Shown piece after piece: positions 19,461-29,098 of a DNA stretch of 64,000 nt. The notes below the pieces were generated by a model that did no database searches, was not told the origin of the DNA, and saw only the letters and a program-made list of their open reading frames with translations. This stretch comes from Candidatus Heimdallarchaeum endolithica (GTDB lineage: Archaea > Asgardarchaeota > Heimdallarchaeia > Heimdallarchaeales > Heimdallarchaeaceae). The translations under genes were made by a program, and so were the position numbers. Each line of letters begins with the position of its first letter. Within the stretch, counting starts at the first letter, position 1. The stretch lies in the NCBI GenBank assembly GCA_021513715.1, contig CP084167.1, forward strand, positions 576,001-640,000, in the 5' to 3' direction.

Positions 19461-21653
19461 TTATTGATGCTTTTTTACTAGTTTTATTAATTCTGGAAAA
19501 TCAATTTCCAATTCTTTTAATTTTTCCACTGTAGGAACACCGTTTTCTGTCCATCCTCTTCTTTCATATACTGCTTTTTTCAGTTGTTCATATCTTTCTT
19601 CTCTGTACTTTCTTATTGCAGCCATCTTTTCTTCTATTGTCATGTTTGTTGGGTCTACTCCCACTTTTTCTTTCAGTTCTTTAAGATAATACTTATCTTC
19701 TCTAGATAGATATTCTTCTTTTGTTACTGGTCCCATAGCTCTAAAGGGTATACTATCTAGTTCTTTGTATGTTACACCCTCTGGAACGAATAATAGGTTC
19801 ATCACTCTTTGGAAATTGTACATTCTTTCACTCATTTTTATGTATTCTCTAGAATCAATGTTTTTTCCTGTTACACTATTGAAGTATTGAACATAGTTTA
19901 GCACATGTTCTGGAACTTTTGCGGGATCAGCTATATCTTCAGGAGCTCTCATTCCATATTTTTCTATTTTTCCTTCAGCGAATTCTTTGTTATCTTCTGG
20001 AACAATATCATTCCAAGGCAATTTGCAAAGACCTAGTAATCCAAAGGAAGTTCTCCACATTGGGAACCACCATAGAGCTTCAGCTTTTTTTTCGAAAGTG
20101 GGCATGAAATTATGAACCATATCTAAAAAGATTAACCATGCTTCATCATGTTGTGGTCCTTTTAATGTTAATCCGTATCCTCCTTGCTGAGCAAGTGACT
20201 CTTTAGTCATGTATTCACTAAATTCTAAACCTTTTGATTCCATTCCTATATCATCTAGAAGTTTAGCTTCTTCTTCGCTTAAGTTGAATTCTTTCTTGAA
20301 GTATTCTTTCATGTATCGTATTCCCTTTCCAAATATCTTACCGAATCCTTCACCTTTTGCTATTTGATGAATTACTTCCATTGCTCCTTCGAAATTACCC
20401 CAAGTAAGATCTATTCCTCCTGTTCTTTCCTTGTTTAATATTCCATATTCATAGCATTCCATACAGAAAGCCATACCTGTTCCAACGCTAATAGTATCTA
20501 AACCGTAGTTATCACAGTAAAAGTTTACTTCTATAACATTATCTGGATCCCACATATACCAATTTGAACCTACTCCTGCAGCCGTCTCATATTCTGGGCC
20601 ATCAACTGTTACTTTTTGACCTTTATATGGTCCAGTCTTGCACTCAAAGCTGCTAACACCATGTGTACAACCCACAGTACATCCTTTCCAACATGGGTCT
20701 GGACCTTTTTCAAACCTCTTGTAATAAGCTTCTTTACCTATTTTCTCTGATTGTGGGTCTGAACCAAATCTGAAGTTCTTTGTTGGCAAAAGGTCAAAAT
20801 CATTCATTATTGGAATTAAGTGTATAGTTCCAATATTTCTCATGTCATTTTGTTTAGGATCGAGTTCAGTAATTTCCTTACTGTGTCTTTTTGCTACTTC
20901 TTTTTCTGCCTCAGGGTTCGCAGGATTGTTAGATTTGACATTAACATTACTTTTTCTTACAACTAAAGCTTTTATTTTCTTATTTCTTAATACTGTCCCT
21001 GTTCCTCCTCTTCCAGCTTGCTTATAACGTACATATCCTCTTTTACCGTCAAACCAGCTGAAATTCAAGCAACCCATGTAAGCATTTTCAGCTCCTGGCC
21101 CAGCAGAAACGACAGAAATATTTCTTTTATCGTTTTCATCTTTAGCATATTTCTCAGTAAGCAATCTTCCTAACTGAAAAGTTTCTGAAGGTAAATCCTC
21201 TGCTTCTTCAATAAGTATTTTGCCATTATCTCCATCAATAAAGATGAGTAACTCTTTATCTGACTTACCTTGAATAGCCATTGCATCAAAACCTGCAAAT
21301 TTGAGAAAAGGACCAAAATATCCTCCAACGTTTGAATCAATTAAAATATTAGTTAATGGAGAGATAGCTGTTACAATGCTTTTACCTGAACCAGGGTAGT
21401 TAGTTGTTCCACCTAATGGTCCAGAAGCTATACAAAGAACATTTTCTGGGTCATCCCATTTTACTTTTTTGTCTTTAGGAATATATTTCCAAGTCAGCCA
21501 AAGATCAAATCCTCTTCCACCAATGAATTTTTCTTTCATCTCCTCTGTAACATCTTCTATTTTTGCTTCCAAAGTTTCTAAATTAATATACAATGTTTTG
21601 TTAGCGTATCCTTTTTCAATTACTGGAACTTCATAATTTATCTCTTTAATCAT
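19461..21653 (-). CDS. aor: Tungsten aldehyde:ferredoxin oxidoreductase family enzyme
   Basis: FIGGRG, DSNVGG, AGRGG.G, C..C...C, DGPEYET, DNYGLDTIS, RGW...GVP. Confidence 0.9.
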   Translation of the reverse strand: MIKEINYEVPVIEKGYANKTLYINLETLEAKIEDVTEEMKEKFIGGRGFDLWLTWKYIPKDKKVKWDDPENVLCIASGPLGGTTNYPGSGKSIVTAISPLTNILIDSNVGGYFGPFLKFAGFDAMAIQGKSDKELLIFIDGDNGKILIEEAEDLPSETFQLGRLLTEKYAKDENDKRNISVVSAGPGAENAYMGCLNFSWFDGKRGYVRYKQAGRGGTGTVLRNKKIKALVVRKSNVNVKSNNPANPEAEKEVAKRHSKEITELDPKQNDMRNIGTIHLIPIMNDFDLLPTKNFRFGSDPQSEKIGKEAYYKRFEKGPDPCWKGCTVGCTHGVSSFECKTGPYKGQKVTVDGPEYETAAGVGSNWYMWDPDNVIEVNFYCDNYGLDTISVGTGMAFCMECYEYGILNKERTGGIDLTWGNFEGAMEVIHQIAKGEGFGKIFGKGIRYMKEYFKKEFNLSEEEAKLLDDIGMESKGLEFSEYMTKESLAQQGGYGLTLKGPQHDEAWLIFLDMVHNFMPTFEKKAEALWWFPMWRTSFGLLGLCKLPWNDIVPEDNKEFAEGKIEKYGMRAPEDIADPAKVPEHVLNYVQYFNSVTGKNIDSREYIKMSERMYNFQRVMNLLFVPEGVTYKELDSIPFRAMGPVTKEEYLSREDKYYLKELKEKVGVDPTNMTIEEKMAAIRKYREERYEQLKKAVYERRGWTENGVPTVEKLKELEIDFPELIKLVKKHQ

Positions 21654-21978
21654 AATAATACACCCGAGAATATCGTTATAAATACGAAAAAAATCAACTA
21701 TATAATTTTAACTCTATCTCGTCAACTATTAAAGAAAAACTTACTTTTTATATCTTCTAAAATAAAAAAAGGTTATTTACAAAGAATCATCATTTCTAAA
21801 TTTTTTAGCATTTTTAGGTTCATATCCAACTTCAAATGATTGAATCTCAAGAGTATATCCATCAGGGTCTTTGAAGAAAATGTTGTAAATGTGATATTTT
21901 TCGTACATACTAGGCTCTTTAGTTAGATTGACTCCCTTCTTTTTAAGGAATTCTGCCCAAAGATTAACTTCATTTGAT

Positions 21979-23490
21979 GGTTTACTTTTTCCGAAATACG
22001 AGATTATAGGAAAAGGGGAAAAAAGAAGAGAAGAAATGAAAGAAAAAGAAGAAGGAAGGAGAGAAGAGAAAAACGGAGGACAGAGGAGGGAAGATGAGGG
22101 GTTTAAATAGGGAAAAAAAGTAAGAAGAAATGAAAAAAAAATGAGTAGAAAAGTGTGGCGAACTGAGGAAATATGGGTGAAAGAATCGATCACTCTAAAA
22201 CAGTTGGCACACCAGGTAAAAAACTTGTATAATCAAGCAAATTACATTATTAAGTATCAGTTAAGAAAAAGTAAATATTTCACGAGAGAGTTCGAACTGA
22301 TGAATATTTTGAGATACCATCCGACTTACACAGCTTTACCGGGTCATACGGCACAACAGACGATAAAGTTTCTATGTTTAGCGTGGAAAGGGTATTTTAG
22401 GTCTTTAGAAGAATGGAAAAAGGAACCAGAAAAGTTTAACGGTAAACCCCGTCCTCCAAAATATAAGAAGAAAGATGGACTTGCTATAATCTATTTTACT
22501 AACTCTCAAGTGAAAATTAAAGAAGAAAAAGGTGAAGGTAAGTTCTTTATCTCTTTTCCTAAACGTGTAGGACTAAAGATAGTTACAAGACTTGACCCTT
22601 CAACAAAAGTGAAGTTTGCCCGGCTCATACCTATGGGAACGAAATTTAAATTAGAGATAGTTTACGAGAAAGAGATAGAAGAACGAAAAGAAGAGCGACC
22701 AGCAGAAAGAGTTTTAGCTCTTGATCTGGGAGTGAATAACTTAGTCGCAGGTTTAACCAGTATTCCTGGTGAAAAAGGTTTTCTGATAAATGGTAGACCC
22801 ATTAAAGCTGTTAATCAGTGGTTTAACAAACGTAGAGCAAAGTTACAGTCAGACTACGCTCGACAAGGATTAAACACCTGGGAAAGAAAAATGCTCGCCC
22901 TCCAGTTAGAACGAATGTTTAAAATAGCTGACTACTTCCATAAAGCAAGTAGAAAAATAGTAGACTACTGTTTAGAAAAAAACATTGATACAATAGTTAT
23001 AGGTTACAACTCCCGATGGAAACAGGAAGTGAATATGGGAAAGAAAAATAATCAAACTTTTGTTTTTATCCCCTTCCAATCCCTCATTGACAAAATCACT
23101 TACAAAGCAGAAGAAAAAGGAATAAAAGTTCTTCCTACCGAAGAGTCCTACACCTCTGTCTGCAGTTTCTTGGATAATGAAGAGATAGATTTTCACCTCC
23201 ATTATGTTGGCAAAAGAACTCACCGTGGACTGTTCATCAGTTCCCAAGGATTAAGAATTAATGCTGATATCAACTCTGCAGGTAATATCGGTCGCAAAGT
23301 ATTCCCTACGTTATTCTCCGTCGAGTCTAACTACGGGATAGTCTGGGGTGCAGTGGTTCACCCCGTCTGTTGGAAAATAAGTTAGTTAAGTTAGTTCAGC
23401 TCTTACGCTGTTCTTTCTTTTTTTCCACCGACTAAACTTACTCCTCCTTCCGATTTTGATTAAAAATCGGAATTTGGAAAAAGGTAAACC
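21979..23490 (+). mobile_element. 1512-bp non-autonomous tnpB-only element (IS1341-like) with terminal inverted repeats
   Basis: Ends GGTTTACTTTTTCC and GGAAAAAGGTAAACC, flanked on both sides by AT; TTGAT abuts the left end; subterminal hairpin TTCCGATTTT-GATTA-AAAATCGGAA at 23448-23472; no tnpA inside. Confidence 0.85.
22141..23385 (+). CDS. tnpB: RNA-guided endonuclease TnpB
   Basis: KNLYNQANY, RuvC-I LALDLGVNN, IVIGYN..WKQ, EESYTS, RuvC-III NADINSAGNI. Confidence 0.92.
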   Translation: MSRKVWRTEEIWVKESITLKQLAHQVKNLYNQANYIIKYQLRKSKYFTREFELMNILRYHPTYTALPGHTAQQTIKFLCLAWKGYFRSLEEWKKEPEKFNGKPRPPKYKKKDGLAIIYFTNSQVKIKEEKGEGKFFISFPKRVGLKIVTRLDPSTKVKFARLIPMGTKFKLEIVYEKEIEERKEERPAERVLALDLGVNNLVAGLTSIPGEKGFLINGRPIKAVNQWFNKRRAKLQSDYARQGLNTWERKMLALQLERMFKIADYFHKASRKIVDYCLEKNIDTIVIGYNSRWKQEVNMGKKNNQTFVFIPFQSLIDKITYKAEEKGIKVLPTEESYTSVCSFLDNEEIDFHLHYVGKRTHRGLFISSQGLRINADINSAGNIGRKVFPTLFSVESNYGIVWGAVVHPVCWKIS

Positions 23491-23510
23491 ATGTTTCAAC
23501 AACTAAAGTT
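23330..23510 (+). ncRNA. Putative omegaRNA (TnpB guide RNA scaffold plus flank-derived guide); boundaries approximate
   Basis: Inferred from the known position of omegaRNAs at the tnpB 3' end and element right end; 10-bp hairpin at 23448-23472. Confidence 0.45.
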
Positions 23511-23763
23511 AAGCATGTTTTCTCTGGAGTTAAGAACTCTTCACTTGTTTCACAAAATCCCCAGTAACCATTTGGACCTACATTGTAAATCACACAGTTT
23601 GCTTGTTTTAGAGCTATATTGAATTTTAACAATGTTGAATAAAAATTTCTATTTTCTTCCAAATTTTTTGTTTTTAAAAAGGTTATTGGATAAATAATTT
23701 TAGGAAGCATAAACTAGTTTACATATTCTTCTCTTAAAAATTTCTTTATAGAAAGTGCTCTTT

Positions 23764-24876
23764 TTAAGAGCCAATAGTTAATTTTCTTTCATCAACAAAT
23801 GGGAAGTAGGATGGAATATATTTAATTGCATCATCAAATACAGAAGCATCTCCACTGAAAGCAATAATTTGATTTTTAAATGTTGAATTAAACCTGTTTA
23901 CAAAGTGTTCTAAAGAAATCTCAAAGATTTTTACTCTTTTATCTACTATTAGCACACCAATGATATCTTCTTTTTCCTTTGTTATCATAACTCTATCTTT
24001 CAGTTCTACGTATTTTAGTAATTGATAGGCAGAATTTGTTACTTCTGATATAAAATGAGCAAAAGCATTAATCATTCCTCCAATTAACAATCCTTCTGTT
24101 TCCTTCTTTGAATAATTTGAAGCAGAGAAAAGAGTTGTCCCATTTTTATTTATTATTAAAAAGTTAAAGATCTCAGCAGAAGTAAATAAGACAAATTTAG
24201 GGTCAATTAAATAGATAATCAATGTTACTCCTAGAGCTAATCCAAAGCCTATTGCTCCATATGTATCTAAAGGAACTATATGCTCCAGGAATTCTAAAAT
24301 AGCAACAATAAATGCAATAAAGAAACTTATCCACAATAGTAGTGTATGATATTGAGCTTTATTGCCCACACTTTTAACAAATGTAAATGTTATTCCTACT
24401 AAACATACTGAAACAACGTATAATTGAAAAAAATCTAAAAACCAGATATATAAACAATCATTTTTTGTTGGGATTTTCAAATTTGTAGAAACAGGAGGTA
24501 AGTCAAATATAACATTTATTAAATAAGTCACAAATAGGGAAAAAATAATAATGTAACCTGCTTGAACTATTCTGCGGTCCCAAGCGTTGAAATTACTGAA
24601 GTGAATCAAGATAAAAAGAAAAACTATTGCATAAGGAATAATCTCTAAAGAAGGTAAATAGCTATTTTCCAAAAAACCCCATTGGTAACCTGCTAATCGA
24701 GAGAAAAAGAAAAAGAACTCTACTATACTTTGTAAAATAGCAAAAATTAAAGCAGCTATGAGATTTTTATATCCTTGTACTTTGTTAATAGAACTTCGAT
24801 ATATGAATACACTTAACATTATCAGGATTATAATTATTTGTATTAATTTGAATATAGCTTGACTCAGAGTTTCCAA
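23764..24876 (-). CDS. Seven-TM protein fused to a C-terminal longin-like domain
   Basis: About 7 TM segments sharing IIPYA, FQ, ILE and YGAI with 14785..15903; FLIINKNGTTLF...LLIGGMINAFAHFISE longin-like pattern. Confidence 0.65.
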   Translation of the reverse strand: METLSQAIFKLIQIIIILIMLSVFIYRSSINKVQGYKNLIAALIFAILQSIVEFFFFFSRLAGYQWGFLENSYLPSLEIIPYAIVFLFILIHFSNFNAWDRRIVQAGYIIIFSLFVTYLINVIFDLPPVSTNLKIPTKNDCLYIWFLDFFQLYVVSVCLVGITFTFVKSVGNKAQYHTLLLWISFFIAFIVAILEFLEHIVPLDTYGAIGFGLALGVTLIIYLIDPKFVLFTSAEIFNFLIINKNGTTLFSASNYSKKETEGLLIGGMINAFAHFISEVTNSAYQLLKYVELKDRVMITKEKEDIIGVLIVDKRVKIFEISLEHFVNRFNSTFKNQIIAFSGDASVFDDAIKYIPSYFPFVDERKLTIGS

Positions 24877-25010
24877 CGTTTATCAAATAAAAAAAGATTT
24901 CTCTTATATTAAATTTATGTAGTAAATTCCAAATATTTCAAAAAACAAATAACAACAATTTCATATAAAAAAATATCAGTTTGTATTACTTAGTTATTTC
25001 TGAAGTAAAA

Positions 25011-25298
25011 CTATCCTCCTGCAACAAAGGGAAGAATAGATATTTCTGTTTGCTTATTTTCTATAAAATAGGTTGACAGTTCTTCATGATGAATTGTTCT
25101 GTTATTTATCATTATATTATAAAAAGAGTGTATTTTTTTTCCAGAAAATAGAAGATCATCTAATTCTGGATGCTTTATAACCAATTTTTCTATTGCTTCT
25201 AGAATGGTTGTCTTTTCACTATCTAATTCAACTACTACTTCTGCCTTATTTTCCAAAGCTGATCTTAATTGACCAAATAAGCGAAAAACAATTCTCAT
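25011..25298 (-). CDS. moaD: MoaD/ThiS/SAMP ubiquitin-like sulfur carrier
   Basis: 95 aa, LFGQLR at the N-terminus, C-terminal ILPFVAGG di-glycine. Confidence 0.85.
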   Translation of the reverse strand: MRIVFRLFGQLRSALENKAEVVVELDSEKTTILEAIEKLVIKHPELDDLLFSGKKIHSFYNIMINNRTIHHEELSTYFIENKQTEISILPFVAGG

Positions 25299-25364
25299 TC
25301 TTTATCCTCTTATAAGATAAATATAAATTTGAGAGATAAAATTGTTATGATTTGTCAAATTCTT

Positions 25365-25925
25365 TCAAATTGTATTAACTTCAAAGAATTTGACTATATT
25401 CTCAATTAGAGTAATAAAAGCTTTTTCTACATTTTCTCCAGTTTTTGCTGAAGTTTCTATATATGGAACTTCGAATCCACTCCAATTACTCAAACTTTTA
25501 GCATAATCTGCTGCATATTCATAAGGAACTGAATTGGGTGTTGAAGATCTAAGGTCTGATTTATTTCCTATCAATAACATTGGAACAATTTTGTTTTTGT
25601 TATTCTTTATTATCTCATGTATCCAATTTGGTAATAATTCATATGTTTCTGGTCTCGAAATGTCAAAAACTAATAAAGCACCTGAAGTTCCTCTATAATA
25701 AACTTCTCTAACTGCAGAAAAACGCTGTTGTCCAGCTAAGTCCCATATTTGTAGAGTGTATTCTATATTATTTAGTTGCATCTTCTTTACTGCAAAGTCT
25801 GCACCCACTGTCATGGCATAGCCAGATTCAAAAGTTTCTCCTAAATATCGACGTCTTAATGATGTTTTACCTACTGCTCCTTCACCAAGCAATGAAACTT
25901 TAAAGATTCTCTGCACTTTTTTCAT
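25365..25925 (-). CDS. Rab-like small GTPase
   Basis: GEGAVGKT, TVGADF, WDLAGQ, YYRG, GNKSD, ETSAK; no C-terminal prenylation Cys. Confidence 0.9.
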   Translation of the reverse strand: MKKVQRIFKVSLLGEGAVGKTSLRRRYLGETFESGYAMTVGADFAVKKMQLNNIEYTLQIWDLAGQQRFSAVREVYYRGTSGALLVFDISRPETYELLPNWIHEIIKNNKNKIVPMLLIGNKSDLRSSTPNSVPYEYAADYAKSLSNWSGFEVPYIETSAKTGENVEKAFITLIENIVKFFEVNTI

Positions 25926-26081
25926 CTCTCTTTATTTCTAAAGAACTCATGCATAACATATTATTAAATTATTTGTTTACTTGCAAAGTCTACTATTTAA
26001 GAAAGCTATTATATAGAAAAACTATTAGTATATTATACCTTTTAATTAGCTTTTTATAGTTCTTTAACAACTAATAACAAG

Positions 26082-27455
26082 ATGAGTGAAGAAACAGTTA
26101 ATATTCAAAATCCTTTGCTAGCTAGTAAATACATTAGAAAATTTACTCATTATCCTGATTTTGATAGTATTTTGATTAATAATTTAGTTTGGAAAGGAGA
26201 TGAAGCTATAGGAATATGTATTCTTCCAATTATAGATACTGTTCCATCAAAGAAGAATGGGATTTTCAGGATATTTGTTTCAAACAAAGGAGAAAAAGCT
26301 CTAAAAGTCAAAGTTCATGTGCGTAATTTTGGTTACTTAAATGAAAAAGAAAAATTGAATAAAAGTCAGGTTGCATTCAGAAAAATGATTATAGATGCAA
26401 ATGAAGTATGGTATAGAGATGTAATTATTCCCAGTGATATTAAATTAGGTAAAAACTTTTTCCAGCTTGTAGTCAAATATAAAGTCAATAAAAAGAAAAG
26501 AAGAATTTACGATATAATTGATTATAAAGAGATTATGCCTTTAGTTAATATAAAACAGATTGCAAGGAAAAACTTCTTGGGTTTAACTCAAAAACCTTAT
26601 ATTGATCCTTCTTCTATTGGCTATTGGATTTATTGCTCTCTTTTTGGGCCAAGAAATTACTCTAAAGAACCAACTTTCATATATCTTACAAAATGGATAG
26701 TTTTTCTTTTAAGTATTTCTACAATTAGTATTTCTTTCATTATTAGTTCTTTGCCTGAAATAGTTCTTTATGTTAGTTCAGCAGGAGCTTTACTTTCTTT
26801 CCTAACCTTTTTTACTGATTTAGACCGACATACCGTCCGTGAAATAAATGAATTGGGTTTAACTGAATTGAAAAGAAAAGCTTTAGTAGATAATATTCCA
26901 ACAAAAATTGACTGGTTCAAATTATTTACTCTAAAAAGTGAATACTTCTACTTTATTGAAGAAGAATTAAATTTTGCTTGGAAAACTAACTCTGATCATT
27001 CCTTCAAACCTGTGATTTACTCTTTGAATCAAGCTCTAAATAGCCAAATAAGCATTAAAGAAGGAACAAAAGAAGAAGAAGAGAGAATAATTAAAGAGAT
27101 AATTACTAACAAGAAAATTGAACAAAAAGAGACAAAAACAAAAGTGAAAGAAGAAAAGAAAGAGCATGAGGGAATTACTTTTGAAGAAGACCTATCTATA
27201 AGCTTTGACTCTAAAATTCAGATATTAGATAGTATAACTTCTTATTCAGTTCCTAGTAGTGCAATAGAGTTAGAAGACAGTTTTAAACTTCCTGTTGAAG
27301 TAATCAAAACAGAAACATTCATAGAGCCAGATTCTATAGCTTTTGATGTAATAGACAAACCTTTTACTACAGAGCTAGAACCAATAATTACAGACAGTGA
27401 AAGTATAGACTCCAAAAGTTCAATGAAATTCAAAAAAACAAATATAGAAGTATAA
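26082..27455 (+). CDS. Hypothetical membrane protein (2 central TMs, acidic low-complexity tail)
   Basis: 457-aa ORF; hydrophobic pair near residues 200-245. Confidence 0.55.
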   Translation: MSEETVNIQNPLLASKYIRKFTHYPDFDSILINNLVWKGDEAIGICILPIIDTVPSKKNGIFRIFVSNKGEKALKVKVHVRNFGYLNEKEKLNKSQVAFRKMIIDANEVWYRDVIIPSDIKLGKNFFQLVVKYKVNKKKRRIYDIIDYKEIMPLVNIKQIARKNFLGLTQKPYIDPSSIGYWIYCSLFGPRNYSKEPTFIYLTKWIVFLLSISTISISFIISSLPEIVLYVSSAGALLSFLTFFTDLDRHTVREINELGLTELKRKALVDNIPTKIDWFKLFTLKSEYFYFIEEELNFAWKTNSDHSFKPVIYSLNQALNSQISIKEGTKEEEERIIKEIITNKKIEQKETKTKVKEEKKEHEGITFEEDLSISFDSKIQILDSITSYSVPSSAIELEDSFKLPVEVIKTETFIEPDSIAFDVIDKPFTTELEPIITDSESIDSKSSMKFKKTNIEV

Positions 27456-27585
27456 GCAAATAGACTATAGAATAGATTAGAAATTTGTTGAAGAGTAAGA
27501 AAGTTAAATATGTAAATGAACAATTAAATTTGTTCAAAAACAATAAATAGAAAAACTTTATCATATACAAAGACTGGTCGAAACA

Positions 27586-28335
27586 ATGATTACAGGAACA
27601 CATCCTTCAACTCTCGCTAATGAAGATTATTTCTCTTTTATAGGTATTTTTCTTTCAATACCTGTTTTTATAACCTATTTTGTAAACGAGATGATACTTG
27701 CTGTATTCAGATTAACAAAGTATAAACGAGAGATAGGAACGGCAGTTACAGCTCCTTATCCTACTTGGAGAATGATTAATGCAATTACTTATGCTGTAGC
27801 CATTATAATACTGGCTCTACAAGTTTTAAGTTGGAGTGCAACTTTTCAAAGGTTTGAATTTAGAAAACTTGCTAAAAGAACAGTTCTTGCCTTTCTAATA
27901 ACAGCTATTTTTGTAGTTATTTTTGAGTATCTGCAAATTTCTATGCCTGTTCAACCTCGAGACCAATCTGATATAACTGTTCCATTTTTCACTTTAGTAG
28001 GTTTTCATTTGTGGTCTTTTATTAGTTTTAAACAAGTTATAGAGTATTTAGGAAAACATTACAAAACAAGAGTAGGAGATTCAATTTTTTATATTCTCTT
28101 TGCAAGTTATCCATTTATCAAGTTTGGTTTACCTATTATACTTTTAATATTTGTCAGTTTGGCAATGTCTCCTTACGCTTTTATCCTTTATTCTGAAATA
28201 ACAATGGCTTATTTAGTTGGTTTTATTGCTATTGCTTTAGGTGTAGTACTTATAAGAGATATAATAAGAGTAGGAAGAGCTCAAGACCATTATTTCTTTA
28301 CTAAAGAGATAAATGAAAAAGAAAAAGAAGTTTAA
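27586..28335 (+). CDS. Hypothetical polytopic membrane protein (about 6 TM)
   Basis: 249-aa highly hydrophobic ORF. Confidence 0.55.
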   Translation: MITGTHPSTLANEDYFSFIGIFLSIPVFITYFVNEMILAVFRLTKYKREIGTAVTAPYPTWRMINAITYAVAIIILALQVLSWSATFQRFEFRKLAKRTVLAFLITAIFVVIFEYLQISMPVQPRDQSDITVPFFTLVGFHLWSFISFKQVIEYLGKHYKTRVGDSIFYILFASYPFIKFGLPIILLIFVSLAMSPYAFILYSEITMAYLVGFIAIALGVVLIRDIIRVGRAQDHYFFTKEINEKEKEV

Positions 28336-28976
28336 GTTTTTTTCTCTTTTCTATCTTTAATTTTATAGTATAATATTTCTATTCCAGGTTTAACCACAAA
28401 TGCTATAACAATGATGCTGACACCTATTCCAATTATAATAAAGAGTATCTTCAGCAAATCACTGTTATCTTGTTGAGGATTCGATATATATAGATCAGTT
28501 TCATGATTTATTGCTATTTTAACCTTTTCTTCAATAGTTGTAGCATAAGTGAATCCTTCAAAAATAGCCACAACATTGTTAAAATCATCTAAAATTATTA
28601 GAAAAGGGACTATTCTTATCTTATAATCTAATATTGTCTTATTAGTTACATATCCCATTATCCAGTTATCAGAAAGGTTATTTTCTTCTTTATAGTTTAA
28701 TATTTGTTCATTCGACTCGTTAAATTTAGCAGATAACCCAAAAATTGTTATGTTATAAGCATTTTCTACTTCTTTTATTTCATCTATTTCCTGATGGCAA
28801 TTTGGACAAGTGGGAAGATAAACAAAAACAATCTTTACTCCGGAATAATAAGTGACATCATCGTATTCATTATCTTTATTTATAAATGAAATACTTACAT
28901 TACTAGCGTGATTTAAGGTTGAGATTACTGAAATTGCAATAATAAATACTGATAAGAAATGAATTTTTTTTCTCAT
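28332..28976 (-). CDS. Exported membrane-anchored thioredoxin-fold (TlpA-like) protein
   Basis: Signal peptide, TCPNC motif, IVPFLIILD cis-Pro loop, C-terminal TM. Confidence 0.75.
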   Translation of the reverse strand: MRKKIHFLSVFIIAISVISTLNHASNVSISFINKDNEYDDVTYYSGVKIVFVYLPTCPNCHQEIDEIKEVENAYNITIFGLSAKFNESNEQILNYKEENNLSDNWIMGYVTNKTILDYKIRIVPFLIILDDFNNVVAIFEGFTYATTIEEKVKIAINHETDLYISNPQQDNSDLLKILFIIIGIGVSIIVIAFVVKPGIEILYYKIKDRKEKKT

Positions 28977-29098
28977 TGCAAATAATCTTGATAAAACACT
29001 TTTAAATCTCTTTATTGGTTAAAACTTGTGAAATTATTTATCCTTATATTAAAAAAAAGTTTTTAATTGAGAATAGACTATAACAATTTGAAGAGAGA

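Larger units (their letters stand above)
21777..23710 (-). pseudogene. VOC/glyoxalase family gene split by a tnpB element
   Basis: 5' half MLPKII...TLVVET (23710-23491); 3' half SNEVNLWAEFL...FFKDPDGYTLEIQ (21978-21777). Removing the element plus one AT restores the in-frame sequence TLVVETSNEVNLW. Confidence 0.85.

Noticed and set aside
21673-21687. TCGT-TATAAAT-ACGA palindrome upstream of aor as an operator
   Set aside because: The 4-bp arms are too short to distinguish from chance.
21777-22193. 138-aa hydrophobic ORF and 21928..22110 ORF as independent genes
   Set aside because: They are chimeras of the purine-rich tnpB leader and the 3' half of the split VOC gene.
23491-23499. TTCAA as a canonical IS605-type right end of the tnpB element
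   Set aside because: That boundary leaves the VOC gene frameshifted; a boundary at 23490/23492 restores it in frame.
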